Positions 45,712-62,408 of a stretch of DNA of 64,000 nt are shown here, in pieces. Position 1 is the stretch's first letter, and every line of letters starts with the position of its first letter. The position numbers and the translations under genes were made by a program. The notes beneath the pieces are model-generated. The model was given only the letters and a program-made list of their open reading frames with translations. It was not told where the DNA came from and searched no databases. Source of the DNA: the human T2T-CHM13v2.0 reference genome, Homo sapiens; NCBI RefSeq assembly GCF_009914755.1, contig NC_060925.1. The stretch is one strand, 5' to 3'.

Positions 45712-48700
45712 GTAAGATTTTTTTTTCTTTGTATCAATATCTTTTAAAGTTGATATCTTTTGCTATGAATCTCAAATTGAGAAGGGTTGCTTATCATAGT
45801 GTGAATACCCTTTTGCCCACGCAGAGGCAGAATCCTCTTCTGTACATGTTGGTTTTGTTATTTTTCTTGAGCTTTCAATATTTTGTCTTGTTAGCTCAAG
45901 GTTGGTGTACCTTATCCTCCAATTTTCCTAAATTTTCAAATAAATCAATCCTGGTACCTTTTTAAGCAAATAAAATATTTAATCTATTTTTGTTATTTTA
46001 ACTAATTGACTCTTAAATCATTATATTAAATTATAAAGTAAATAAAGGTATAGCCAGTGAAAAAATTAACTACAATAAAAGACAAAATTGAGTGACATTA
46101 AACATTTAGTGTATAAATAAACATCAGTGATTTACATTGTTGGCAAAATAATAACACTGTAAACATCTCTGTAGCAATTGTGGATTCAATAATTAATGAT
46201 TAAATGAATGTATACATTTTGAATGCTCTTCCTTTATATATCATCACTTGTTGGATACCTAAGTATTCAGTTGGCCTTCGTGGCATGTTTAAGAGATTCT
46301 CTTTTACTAGGTGAACTGAGATGCTCCTAAATTATAATTACATAGTGAAAGACCTCACATGCCAATCCTTGTTCTCCTCAGTCATATTACCAAAATTTGG
46401 TGTACTTTGAAGGATTCGCCTATGATAAAATAACTTTTTAGAATTTTTTTAAGAATCAGTGTGATGGAAGAAAACAGTGGATTTCTGTTAGTGTTTTGTG
46501 AGAAATGGAAGATTACGTTACTGTTGTCTCTACTTCTTCCATGTAAAGAAAATATCCTCATTACATTTTTGAGTGAAAAGAAAGATTTATTTCTAGAGCC
46601 ATATTTTTGTATAAAATTAGGGTTTTCATAACTTTCTAAATATTAGGTAGAATAAGAGAAATTCTTGTCTAATCTGTTATGAAAACAAAACTTTAATTAA
46701 AAAATTTTTGTGAAAATCTTGAAATACACTGGTAAGTTTTGTATAGGCTGTTTAGCATTCCAGTGCAATTTGGGGAAATGCTTACTGTTTTCCTTGTAAT
46801 GTTTTCCATTACCTTAAAATGCAGTAGTATTGCCCAAGGATAGTAGTGAATTAATGAAACAATTTAGCATTGACATGACCCACTCAGCTTATTTTTTGTT
46901 GCCAAAAGGTTCAAAAGAAGACATTTAGTAATGCTGTGAGCCATGGGAGTTGCTGTGCTAGTTTATTATTACAGCACAACCCAGACATGCAAGATATCCT
47001 TAAATAAAGGGCATTGAGGTAGATAATGCACACAGAGCACTTACTAGTCAACAGGACTTGGTTTGCATATATAGGCAATGCCTGTCTACTGATTGATGAA
47101 GCCTATTATCATGAGATTGTATTTTTATTAAAGGCAACACTTAGTAATTCTGTGCACAGATGATTAATAGCCAAATGGTTATAGATTTTAGTTAATTAGA
47201 ATGGTTAAGATGAAAATTCTGAATGAAATAAATTGAATCATTTCTTTATATTGATCCATTATACATGAAATTATTAAAGCTTAAGATTGCCATGTAAAGG
47301 TAAATCATGCTATGAGTATTCTAACTAAAGTTTGAATCATTTTAGTCATTTCTTCTCATAATATAAACATGCTATGATTAATCTAAAATTTATTTCTAAA
47401 TATTTGCTAACATAAGATAATAGCTTAATCCCTTTATTAGCAATAATTTTTGTTCACTAGCAGCTGCTGAGTTAGAGCGATAAGGACAAGTCACTGTTAA
47501 CTTTCTGTTGTAGAATTCTTCTAGTCCTTTCATTATACGGCTGCTAGTACTTTTTTTCTCTACAGAATGGAGTGAGTGAAATAGCAATCTTATAAAAGAG
47601 AAGATATTTTAGACTAAGTGAGTAATGCTGTCCATTGCAGTAGGAAGAAGGGTCAATTTTTTTTCTTACAATAGCATAAAGATTTTTTGGTCAACAAGTT
47701 CTGTATAGATTATACCTAAATAACCTCTTAATTTCTTTTCTTAAGCCCTGCAGTCATACCAGAAGCAAATGAAAATCATTTAGAAACTCAGATTTATCAG
47801 TTTATGATACTACTTGTTCTAGTTTTTTTTAAAAAGTTTATATTCAAGAATATAGTTCATACACGTACTTTCACACACACATATTCATATAACATCCTAA
47901 GAGATCCATGTATATGTGTACATGCATTTTCTATTTATCTTTATATTTTGTGATGCTTGGCTTCCTAACATATGATTAAAAATATCTACCAAATATTTAA
48001 TTTGTAGCTCCTGCCACCATTTCTACAATGGTGGGAATACCTAGAGGCATGGCCCCTAAGTTATTATAGAGGATGCATAGAAGGACATACACTCAAGCAC
48101 TGTGAGAGCATTATATTGGTAATTATACACTCCCAGCATAGCAAGGCTGGTTAAAATGTGATAGGAGAAACCACCTCCTGTTTCACTTCATACCTGTTAC
48201 TTTCTACTCATTTTTTTTCCTCTCAAAATACTTTGCACTCCTCTGACATTTCTCCAGTAATTCACATCTTTACGGTATTTTTTTCATTCTAAGGCTACTT
48301 CATGACACTTGACTTTACAGTATTTGCAGTGTGACATAGTTTATCATTTATGCACAATGCTAATGCAGAATACCATTTCAATGCTTGTGTCCTTGTCTGT
48401 CTTTCATTAAAAATAATAGCATCAAATTCTCCTTGAAGTGCTGTGTTTATTATTTTCTGTATATTCCTGTGCATCTATTTTTAAATCTGTCAACAGTCTC
48501 AACTGTGTAATCTTAGTTTTCAGTAAAATAAAATGGTAAAAATCTATCTTCTTATTTGCAAATTAAAGTAAAAATTATTTTTTTAAAAAATTTTATTTGT
48601 AATTTTTGTGGGTATATAGTGGGTATAAAATAATTTTAAATTGTAGCATATAACTAAGAAAGGTACTCAGATTTCGGAATTGTGAGGAAAGAAATAATAT

Positions 48701-49393
48701 TTTAATAGAAAATTACTTACATTGGGCATCTTGGACACTGCTTTTGGTCTAGTCTTCCTGACAAATAATTTAAGTAGAATGTTTCCTGTATTAAATCTCA
48801 AGAGAAGCAAAGTCAATTTACCTGAAATTATATTGAGATATAATCAATATGTAGAGTGACTTAAAAATAAGAAAAGTCCAGTAGGTTATACAGAAATTAG
48901 TCTCATTACTTTTCACAACTCGTTCTTAGGGCAAAATAATGTATAACATACACCATCAGTTAATGACTCATATTTAGAGTTTGATAATTAAATTATATCT
49001 AACACTGAAGCAGAAATGAAGACTGATTGCTTGTGTCATGTATTGACAAAACATTTATACACTGTAATATTTTGAAACATAATTACTGAGCAACAATGAC
49101 ATGAATGTTTTACTTAATTGCATTTGCTTCAGTATCAGTTATCCAGAAACTCCAAGGCAGTTCTTAAGCGAACTTTCTAAATTCAGTAGCAAGTAACCTT
49201 TTAGTCCAGCTCATAAATTAATGTTTTGACAGCCATTTAAAATGGCAAGTAGGTAAATTTATTAGGAAACAATGCAGGATAAAATTGAAAAGACTTGGAG
49301 TGGGTACAACTGTTTGTGTTTGACTGGCTCAAGAAGGTTTCACAAGCCCCATTACAGTAAAAATTCCTCATAAGCAGTATTTTAAAATATTAA

Positions 49394-49750
<357 letters not shown>

Positions 49751-50367
49751 AGAAGGAGTTTGAAATTAGAAAATTACTGTGGACAATATTGCGAATTCCT
49801 AGCTTGTCACTATTACCTCTGTTATGTACAATGTGTATTATGTGTTTACCTTTCTCCATCCCTTTAAACTGTGTATAAAACAGTAAGTGTGATAATTAAC
49901 CTTCTTTCCAGTAATCTTTGGAAAGAAGTAGGAAAGGTGAACAGGCTCAAATTAAATGCAATCTCAGACATTGAAGAGATTTCCAAGAAAATGGGAGCAA
50001 CTGGTCTTGTTATTTATGGTAGTTCCCTGACATACAACTAGCCAGTTAGCCAGTACTAACAAACACAGAAATGGACTTCATGTTGAGTAGTTGCCATAGG
50101 TATATACCATTTGACTGTTTTTAACATCTGTATTGCTTACGATATTGGACATCTCTCTCACTCCCCACATATCATGGTTTATTAGTCAGCTTTTGGTAAA
50201 CCGTGATAGCAAACAACTCCAAAATTTTAGTGGCTTATTTGTTCTCGTTTACTGTGTGAATCTGCTGTGTTCTGCTCTGTACCCGCTTATTCTGATAACC
50301 TAGGCTAAAGGAGAGAGGAAGGTGTGATAGCAGGACCTGTGTCATGGCTCTTAAAACTTCTGCTTGA

Positions 50368-50744
<377 letters not shown>

Positions 50745-51333
50745 TCAAATGAAAGCAAGAAATGTAAGCCTTCTATAGGAACAGGCTCAGTAAGGGAAAG
50801 GCAGCTCATATTAGGACTGTAATACTGTTTGTCACATAGGAGTTAATATTTATATCTCCCAACTGCACCAACCACTGCTCCATCCCTACTGTTTATGGCA
50901 GAGAAGCACAATTTTTTTTTTTTTAGCTTTTACATGATTCTTGATTTTCTTCTTAATTACTATTTACATATTATAGAATGTAATTAGGAAATAACAGTAA
51001 AATCAGTGACACTGGTGAATGTAGAGAGATTAGTTTACAAAACGTATTATGTCATTTATATCCATACTGGTAACTTCTTACTGCAAAAATAAATTGGCAA
51101 TAATGTAGGAAAAAAATATTATTCCCTCCTTGTTTTTTTTGTATAGAGTACCATTCTGGTAAAGGAGCCAGTAGAGAAATTTGGAGTAACAAATTAAACA
51201 TTTTTATTTTTCATGTTAGATATTTTCATATGTAGACTAATACTAGATGTTCTGCTCTTATATTCATTTGGCTATAAATTTGAAATATTTTGAAGTACCA
51301 AAGGTTTTAAAGTAATATTTCTTATTTATTTAA

Positions 51334-51717
<384 letters not shown>

Positions 51718-51879
51718 TGAATGAGTAGCAAATAATTCTGAACATAAAAATTGAGATTCTGAATTTCCTTCCTGTCAAATCAAAAAGCCGTCAGTTCCAT
51801 TATGTTTTTGTTCAGTTATAATTCCTTTTACTTTTTACCAAAATTTTTTCCTCTGGCATTCTTTTTATTATTATTTTTT

Positions 51880-52143
51880 AAATTTTGCCCAGGGTGGAGT
51901 GCAGTGGCATGATCATAGCTCACTGCAGCCTTGAACTCTTGGGCTCAAGCAATTCTGCCTCTGCCTCCCAACAGCTGGGACCACAGGTGCACACCACCAC
52001 ACCCAGCTAATTTTTTAATTTTTTTGTAGTGACAGGGTCTCACTATGTTTTCCAAGGTGGTCTGGAACTCCTGGGCTCAAGTGATCTTGAGCCTCAGCCT
52101 CCCAAAGTGCTGAGATTACAGGCATGAGCCACTGTGCCCAGCT
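51880..52143 (-). mobile_element. AluJ
   Basis: Antisense J-type Alu. Confidence 0.9.
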
Positions 52144-52810
52144 GTTCCCCAGTATTCTTAATGCCACTTGAATGATTGATTTTATAAATGGGTTCACTTT
52201 TCTTTTCATTCTTTAATTAACTCATCAATAATAGAATTAGGGCATTGTATATTGTTATTTTATAGGACAGCCATCTGTCTTACCTAACAAAATCAGCATA
52301 ATTTAAATCTTAATTTCATATTGAGCACCTCTATTAGGGTAGGCAAGAATTTTTCTTATTTGGTAGCACTACAGTCCAAAGCCAAAAGTACTTTGTCAAA
52401 GTGACAGATTTAGGTCTAAGATATGTACCTTGAGGAATTGATATTGTAACTTTCTTCTTTATGCATGATTTTGGAGATGGAAGTAGCATAGCTAGGACAT
52501 ACGGTTTTATTTATATTGTTTAGTGGCTAAGGAAGGTTAACATGAAATCTTGTTCAATTTATTTTTTGTATTTGCATAGTAACGTAATTATCAATTCTCC
52601 TTCAGTATGCATGCAATGCATTGATTCATAATTAATTGATTCCCCTTTCCACAATATCATCTTCCAGTGCTTTCAGAGGATAGAAATGTCCACTAATGCT
52701 TAAAGTGTTCTACTTTTTTTTCCTTCATTTTACGGTTACTTCCCCATCAGCATTTCACCTTTTTCTAGCACTTTTATCCAAATCATAGATTTTCTATCAC
52801 TGTCAATATT

Positions 52811-55108
52811 TGTATTAGTCTGTTCTCACACTGCTAATAAAGACATACCCGAGACTGGTAATTTATAAAGGAAAGAGGTTTAATGAACCCACAGTTACAC
52901 GTAGCTGGGGAGGCCTGACAATTATGGGGGAAGGTGAAGGGGAAGCAAGACACGTCTTACATGGTAGCAAGCAAGAGAGCTTGTGCAGGGGACAAGCTCT
53001 CATGAGACTTATTCACTATCATGAATAAAACAATCAGATCTCGTGAGACTTATACACTATCATGAGAACAGCAGAGGAAAGATCCACCCCCATGATTCAG
53101 TTGCCTCCCACTGTGTCCCTTTCACAACACATGGGAATTATGGGAGCTACAATTCAAGATGAGATTTGGGTGAGGACACAGCCAAACCATATCATTCTGC
53201 CCCTGGCCCCTCCCAAATCTCATGTCCTCACATTCCAAAATGAATCATGCCTTCCCAAAGTCTTAACTCATTCAGCATTAACTCAGAAGTCTACAGTTCA
53301 ATGTCTCATCCGGGACAAGGCAAGTCCCCTCTGCCTATGAGCCTGAAAAATCAAAAGCAAGTTAGTTACTTCCTAGATACAGTGGCAGTATAGGCATTGG
53401 GCAAATACAGCCATTCCAAATGGGAGAAATAGGCCAAAACAAAGGGGCTACAGGCCCCATGCAAGTCCGAAATCCAGTGGGGCAGTCAAATCTTAAAGCT
53501 CCAAAATGATCTTTTTTGACTCCCTATCTTACATCCAGGTCACGCTGATGCAGGAGGTGGGCTTCCCCATGGTCTTGGACAGCTCTGCCTCTGTGGCTTC
53601 TCAGGGTACAGCCTCCCTTGTGACTGTGTTCATGGGCTAGCTTTGAGCATCTGCAGCTTTTCCAGGTGCACAATGCAAGCTGTCTACCATTCTAGGGTCT
53701 GGAGTACAGTGCCCCTCTTCTCACAGCTCCAGTAGGTAGTTCCCCAGTGGGGACTCTGTATAGGGGCTCCCACAGAGCATTTCCCTTCCACAGTGCCCTA
53801 GCAGAGGTTCTCTATGAGGGCCCCACGACTGTAGCACACCTCTGCCTGGAGATATCCAGGCATTTCCATACAACCTCTGAAATCTAGGTGGAGGTTCCCA
53901 AACCTCAGTTTCTGAGTTCTGTGCACCCACAGGCCCAACATCACTTGTAAGCCACCAAGGCTTGGTGCTTGCACCCTTTGAAGCCACTGCATGAGCTGTA
54001 CCTTGGCCCCTTTTAGCCATGGCTAGGAAGCAGGGCACCAAGTCCTGAGACTACATAAAACAGCAAGGCTCTGGGCCTGGCCCAGGAAACCATTTTTTCC
54101 TCCTAGGCCTCTGGGCCTGTGATGGGAGGGGCTGCCATGAAGACATGTCATGCCCTGGAGACATTTTCCTCATTGTCTTGGTGATTAACATTTGGCTCCT
54201 TGTTACTTATGCAAATTTCTACAGCTGGCTTGAATTTCTCCTCAGGAAATGGGTTTTTCTTTTCTATTGCATTGTCAGGCTGCTGATTTTCTGAACTTTT
54301 ATGCTCTGCTGCTTTTTTAAACTTAAGTTCTGATTCCAAACCATATCTTTGTAAGTACATAAAGCTGAATGCATTTAACAGCACCCAAGTCACCTCTTGA
54401 ACACTTTGCTGCTTGGAAATTTCTTCCACCAGATACCCTAAGTTATTTCTCTCAAGTTCAAAGTTCCACAGGTCTCCAGGGCAGGGGCACAATGCCACCA
54501 GTTTCTTTGCTAAAACATAGTAAGAGTCACCTTTATTTTAGTTCCCAGAAGTTTCTCATCTCTATCTGAGATGAGCAGCATTTGAACAAAGCCATTCAAC
54601 AAGTCTCCAGGAAGTTCCAAACTTTCCCACATCTTTCTGTCTTCTGAGCCCTCCAAACTGTTCCAACCTCTGCCTATTACCCACTTTCAAAGTAGCTTCC
54701 ACATTTGTGGGTATCTTTACAACAGCACCCCACTACCTCAGTAACAATTTACTGTATTAGTCTGTTCTCATGCTGCTAATAAAGACATACCCGAGACTGG
54801 TCATTTATAAAGGAAAGAGGTTTAATGGACCCACAGTTCCACATGGCTGGGGAGGCCTCACAATCATGGTGGAAGGTGAAGGTGAAGCAAGACATGTATT
54901 ACTTGGCGGCAAACAAGACAGCTAGTGCAGGGGAACTCCCCTTTATAAAACCATTAGATCTTGTGGGACTTATTTAATAGTACAAGAACAGCATGGGAAA
55001 GACCTGCCCCCATGATTCAGTTACCTCCCACTGGTTCCCTCCCATGACACATGGGAATTATGGGAGCTGCAATTTGAGATGTGATTGGCACACAGCCAAA
55101 CCATATCA
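52811..55108 (-). mobile_element. Complete THE1C-type MaLR provirus (LTR 52811-53194, internal, LTR 54753-55108)
   Basis: Both LTRs read TGTATTAGTCTGTTCTCA..CTGCTAATAAAGACATACCCGAGACTGG...CCAAACCATATCA; TSD ATATT/GTATT (4/5). Confidence 0.94.
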
Positions 55109-55149
55109 GTATTCATTTTGCAAAATGAAATTTTAGAACAGCTATATAG

Positions 55150-56713
<1,564 letters not shown>

Positions 56714-57725
56714 CTTAGCTCTTTTTCTTAATGAGAATGAAGGGGTTTTCGTGTTGTTGTGTGTTTGCTTGTTTGGTTTTGGTTATTATATCTTTATTTA
56801 ACTCAGAATTTAAAGTCAAAGGTGCTAATCCACCCTGGATAGACCCAGTTAAAAGCAGAGTGACTTATCTTCCATGAATCTTGGTTTATCATCAGGATAT
56901 TTAACCTTGAGCTCATTACCTCTTCACCTCCCATTAGAAACCTGGATGGGAGACATCAGTTTTGGAGAAGATAGTCTAATGCAGTTTTTTTCCAGGTTAA
57001 TCAATCAGTCAGTGAATTAATTAATTCTTTACCCTTTCTTGCTTTCTTTCTTTTCTCTCTTCCTCCATTCCTTTCTCTCTCTCTCCTGGCTTCCCTCCTT
57101 TCAGTAGAATTCTTTCTCTAATAAAATTACACAGAAATAACACAATCTATTTTATTACATTGTTTATTTCAGAAAATAATTTGGGTTATATGTAACTGGT
57201 AAATAAGGGAATAGCATCAATATAATATAGAAGTGAAGTTGGTTTATAATAATAATTCCCAGGACTTCCAAGTTGCAGCAGCTATACATAAAACACACTA
57301 AATTGAATGTAGCAACCAAGTGCCTGTGTCCCATTCACCCGTGCCCCCATTCTACCTTTTGGCTCTGTTCAGCCGTATCCTCTGGACCTGATACCTGTTG
57401 GAACAGAGAGTTGCTATAGGATGGTGGAGATTTTTGACCGTCAGTTTCTTTAATGGTTATTGGGTTTTTTTTTTTCAGGTTTTCACTTTCTTTTTGGGGT
57501 CAATTTTTATGACATTTTAAAAGGAACTTGGTTGTTACATATGATATGTTATCTTTAGGGTGCCTTAGGCACCTTAAAGCTTGAAAATTCCAAGCTAATT
57601 TCCAAGATTAGCTTGGAAATGAAGATTTAGGTGTTAACATGGGACTGAATGAGGTTTCTAGGCTGAGGCTGTAAAATTAAGAGTGCAGGGAATGAAGAAC
57701 AAAATTTGTGTCTAGTGTAGCAGCC

Positions 57726-58046
<321 letters not shown>

Positions 58047-58270
58047 TAAAATTACCATTTTCTTCATATTTATCATATGCCATAGTCTAGCCATTATAAC
58101 CATATGTTATATATACATAGCAAGGAGAAATGTTCTAAGTATTAGCTAATCATGCTTGATAGGCATAGTAAGAGAAGACAGCGGGCACAGTCATTCGTCT
58201 TTTGTTTCAACAAGAGTAAACTTGTTAAAAACAATTGGCTGAAAACCCCCCAGTTATTTACATATTTGAT

Positions 58271-58445
58271 GCTTTTTTATTTTTGATTTTTGATATATGT
58301 GTCCTTTCTTCTGGTTTAGGCCTATGTTTGCTTTTTTATTTTTGATTTTTGATATATGTGTCCTTTCTTCTGGCTTAGCCTATGTTTGCTTTTTTATTTT
58401 TTATTTTTGATATATGTGTCCTTTCTTCTGGCTTAGCCTATGTTT
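58271..58445 (+). repeat. Minisatellite, 3 x ~58 bp
   Basis: Unit GCTTTTTTATTTTTGATTTTTGATATATGTGTCCTTTCTTCTGGCTTAGCCTATGTTT starting at 58271, 58330 and 58388. Confidence 0.95.
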
Positions 58446-58734
58446 CCGAGGGAAAACAGGCCCCAAATCAGAATATTCAAATTTTGTATTTTATCCATCT
58501 ATCCCCCACAAAAGTGTCTTGAATATGAATGGTTGTTCCCCTTTTTTAAAATTAGGAAAACTGAGGTTTAAGGAATTGATTTTACCTAAGGTTTTCTCAT
58601 CCTTGACTCATTGGCTTACATCTTTATTTTCCATTTCCCAAGGTAAAACATAGCAGTTTGGAATTCTAGCTGAGTGTCCTACTCATCAATGTAACTCTCA
58701 CCTCTTTATTTACCCTTCAAAGATAAATAAAAGC

Positions 58735-58771
58735 CACACACACACACACACACACAGACACACACACACAC
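58735..58771. repeat. (CA)n microsatellite
   Basis: CACACA...CAGACACA. Confidence 0.95.
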
Positions 58772-58789
58772 AAAGAAAAAACATATTTA

Positions 58790-59525
58790 CCCTTCGTTTA
58801 CTGCCCTGGGAAAATGGAGATGAATCCTTTAAATATTTTTCCTTTGCCAGCTGGCACAGTATTAACTTTTGTCAGTTAAGGGTACTGACACAATGCCATT
58901 AAAGGAGGAAGGGAACTTCTTTACTAGTTTTTGAGTGCTTGCAGCTTCCCTGGCTCCTAAAGTGCAAAATGGTCATCTGCACTCAATGGCCTGTAGCTTC
59001 TTGCAGAACCCTATACCCTATCCACCCACGAGGCAGTTTTGTAGCAGAGTAACTCTGCTGCTTTTGCTGCTTGTAGCAATAGCGTTTGGCTCCTGCAGTG
59101 CATGGAAACCAGCAGCACCTAGCAGCCAACATCTTCTGGGTGGTTTTATAGTGGAGTGCTTCCAGTGAGACACCACCCATGAATAGCTTTTCATGACGCT
59201 CTAAAGGACAGATTTCCAGCAAGTTCTGCTTATGTAGCACCACAGCATCTTCTGTGCCATCCAGTGAGCCATAGCTGTGACCTTTCCAACAAAATCTGGA
59301 TCTTAGTCTGGGGATATAGTAGGTATTCTTTCTTGGCCATTCCGTTTTAGTTCTAAGGGTGGTGGTTGCGCCTTATCATGTTCTAGAGTTCTCCTTACTT
59401 CTTAGTAGCCAATCTCTGGTTATTCCAGTACTCTGTTTAGTTATAATAATGATTCTTTATGTTGAATTTTCCCTGTTCAAACTCCTGTGTGATTTCTAAT
59501 TTCTAATTGGACCTTGACTGATATA
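58790..59525 (+). mobile_element. ERVL LTR33-like solo LTR
   Basis: CCTTTAAATATTTTTCCTTTGCCAGCTGGCAC...TTTATGTTGAATTTTCCCTGTTCAAA...ATTGGACCTTGACTGATATA. Confidence 0.65.
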
Positions 59526-61147
59526 TTGTATGTTTGTAAAATGCATGGAATATAAATGGCTAATTATGATGTTTCTTTAGATAGGCATTCTTGAGCACAT
59601 GTGTCTGGAATATATTTCACTATAATGTTAGTTTTGATGACTGTATTGATTTTCAAAACTGTCAGTTTAGAAACTAGAATTTTAGATTTATCAATCAGCA
59701 ATGTGGTGTTATGTGGCTAATAGATTAGACATTCATCTGTTGATGAGTTAAAAAGCTCTCCCTGGAATTAAAATTGCTTATCACTGTATAGTACTTTGCA
59801 TACATTTATTAATTTCCTTAGTAATTTTATGAAGCAGGTTGCAGGTATCACATTTCTGTAAGAAGGAATTAAGTCTTTAAAGTTCAAACGGTATTCCTTA
59901 ATATCCTTGGATATTTCTTAACCATCATATACTGAGTTTACTAGGACATATAGCACTTGATCCGTTAAAACTATTACATGCAATGTCAGAGTTTGTATGT
60001 TGTAGATGTCTTTCATGTCACTCCTTCTCTGGGCCCTGCCCCCATCACAAACTTGAATAAATTTGTGAAATATCTTTTTAATATTTACTTTTTTCCCCAA
60101 AAGTCACAGTACATTAAATTGAATGCATTTATATTCTTATGTCACATTAGCATCACTTTAGCTTACTGGATAGTATTTTGTTTTTAGTTGGTTGCAAGTG
60201 TTGATTTTTCCTCTTTCAGTTTGCAAAACTATATGACAGGAAATCTGTAGCTAAATATCACTTTATGATTTCCATCTGTTCAAGTACAATAGTGTTTATG
60301 GCACAGTCCAGATTGCAATGTGATAGAAATATCCTATTATAGCAGATAGAATTTTAAATGATCATTGTACATTCTAATGAGAAAACATTTTTAAACAAGT
60401 ACTTCACTTAATTTCAAAGCAGAGTAACTGAATAATACTACAATTTGATGACAGCATCTGTTCTACAGAGTGTGTTTGTGCTGTCAACAATAAAAACTTT
60501 TTCTGACTCCCATAGAAATCTATCAGTTTGCTCAAATCTGTACTAATAATGGAAGCCAAGTGGGCAGGGAGATTATTGTATAAGTCAATTTGAATAACCT
60601 TAAAATTTTTTGTTTCTATTAGCATGGAGAGTATCTCTCATTATTTTCTGTGAAATGACTTTGGGAGTAGAGCTGGAGATGTTATTTTGGCCTTTTTATT
60701 ACGTGACAGTAAAATTTTTGCTAAATTATATTTTGAGAGTATTAACATTTACTAAATAAAAACAAACCCCTTTATCACAAGGAACTCTGGCCATTTCAAA
60801 TCTTGTTGGCTCTAAAGTTGAGGGATACAAGAAAGCAGATTAAAATGATGGCTCCTGGAGTGTCAGGTGTTAGTAATTCCAAGGTTTTTAGTTCTCACAG
60901 TGTATATTTGCCTCTATTACACTGATGCAAATGCATCTTTCATGTCTGATCAGCTACTATTTGGTCATTCACTTTTATGCTTCCTATTCTAGTACATGCA
61001 GTGCTGAAATGAATGGGAAAAACCACTTTCCCACATGAATGCTCTACTGCACTTTTATCTCAAAAGGAGCATTGTATTTCTTGAGTTTCCAAAGGATTTT
61101 AGATACCATTCTTAATTTAATTATTTTATGGCCCTTTCTCTTTAGGT

Positions 61148-61480
61148 CTGTATTAGTTTGTGAGGGCTGCCATAACAAAGTATGACAGACTGGATGGCTT
61201 AAACATCTGACAGTTTTGGAGGCTAGGAGTTTGAGATCAAGGAGATCAAGGTGTTGGCAGGGTTGATTTATTTGAGGCCCCTTCCCTTGGCTTGTAGATC
61301 ATCTTCTCACTGTGTCTTCACATAGTCTCTGTGCATGTCTGTGTTTTAATCTCCTCTCCTGTGAGGACATAATTACCTCTTTAAAGACCTTGTCTTTAAA
61401 TACAGTTACATTCAGAGGTACTGGGGGTTAAGACTTCAACATATGAATTGGGGGTCAGGGAAACAATTCAGGACATAACA
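61148..61480 (-). mobile_element. MLT1A-type solo LTR
   Basis: TGTATTAGTTTGTGAGGGCTGCCATAACAAAG...GACTTCAACATATGAATT...CATAACA. Confidence 0.85.
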
Positions 61481-61765
61481 AGATCTTTAGCCCTCATCTA
61501 AATGAACCATGACCATAAACAGTTCTGAGCCTCATTCTATAGGTACATCAGTTTTCTTCTCTACCTTTGGTTATCAAATTCCTTAGTACCCCAGCTACTC
61601 CTCTTTTCCCATTTAAGATGACCTTTCTCCTATTCCAGACATTGGCTGGGAAGTTAGTCAAGAGGTAACTTAAGGAATTTAGTGCAGGGTGTCTACCTTA
61701 AGATTTTCACTGATTTGCCTTAAATCATGTTCTTCCATTACATATAAAAAAAATTACCAGCAGGC

Positions 61766-61848
61766 CTTGTCCTTCAGGTGTGTTTCTCACTCCCAGAATA
61801 CATGTTGACTCCACTTGTCCTTCAGGTGTGTTTCTCACTCCCAGAATA
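61766..61848 (+). repeat. Perfect 35-bp direct repeat with 13-nt spacer
   Basis: CTTGTCCTTCAGGTGTGTTTCTCACTCCCAGAATA at 61766 and 61814. Confidence 0.95.
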
Positions 61849-62109
61849 TATTTTGAATTTGTAAGAAGTACGCAGTTTAGACCTTGTTCAGAATCCATAC
61901 AGTATTCATTAGTTCCCCCCTCTAGTCAATATTTGTAGGCCCTACAAACATTCCATGTTCTTCCATAAATCCCTTCTTGAGATAATAAAGAAGTATAGCC
62001 TTTTAAACCAGCTACTCAGCTTGCTTGTCAAATTCATATTTTCCAAACAAAAATTAAATAAGGCTTATCTGATAGTTGGTAGTTGACAATATTATTGGTG
62101 GTGGTGGTG

Positions 62110-62408
62110 TTATTTATTTATTTTGAGACAAGATTTCACTCTGTCATCCAGGGTGGAGTACAATGGCACAATCACTACTCACTACAACCTTGAGTTTCCG
62201 GGCTCAAGGGATCCTCCCACCTCAGTCTCCTGAGTAGTCGGAACTACAAGGTGCATACCACCACACCCAGCTAATTGTTTAATTTTTTATGGAGACACAG
62301 TCTCACTTTGTTGCATAGTCTGGTCTCAAACTCCTGGCCTCAAGTGATCCTTCTGCCTTGGCCTCCCAAAGTGCTGAGATTATAGGCATGAGCCACCAAG
62401 CCAAGCTG
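62110..62408 (-). mobile_element. AluJ
   Basis: Antisense J-type Alu. Confidence 0.9.

Noticed and set aside
58271-58445. Regularly spaced repeats as a CRISPR-like array
   Set aside because: Head-to-tail units with no unique spacers, in primate DNA; an ordinary minisatellite
60200-60345. Acceptor TTTTTCCTCTTTCAG followed by ~40 open codons
   Set aside because: No convincing donor before the stop, and the peptide is unrecognisable
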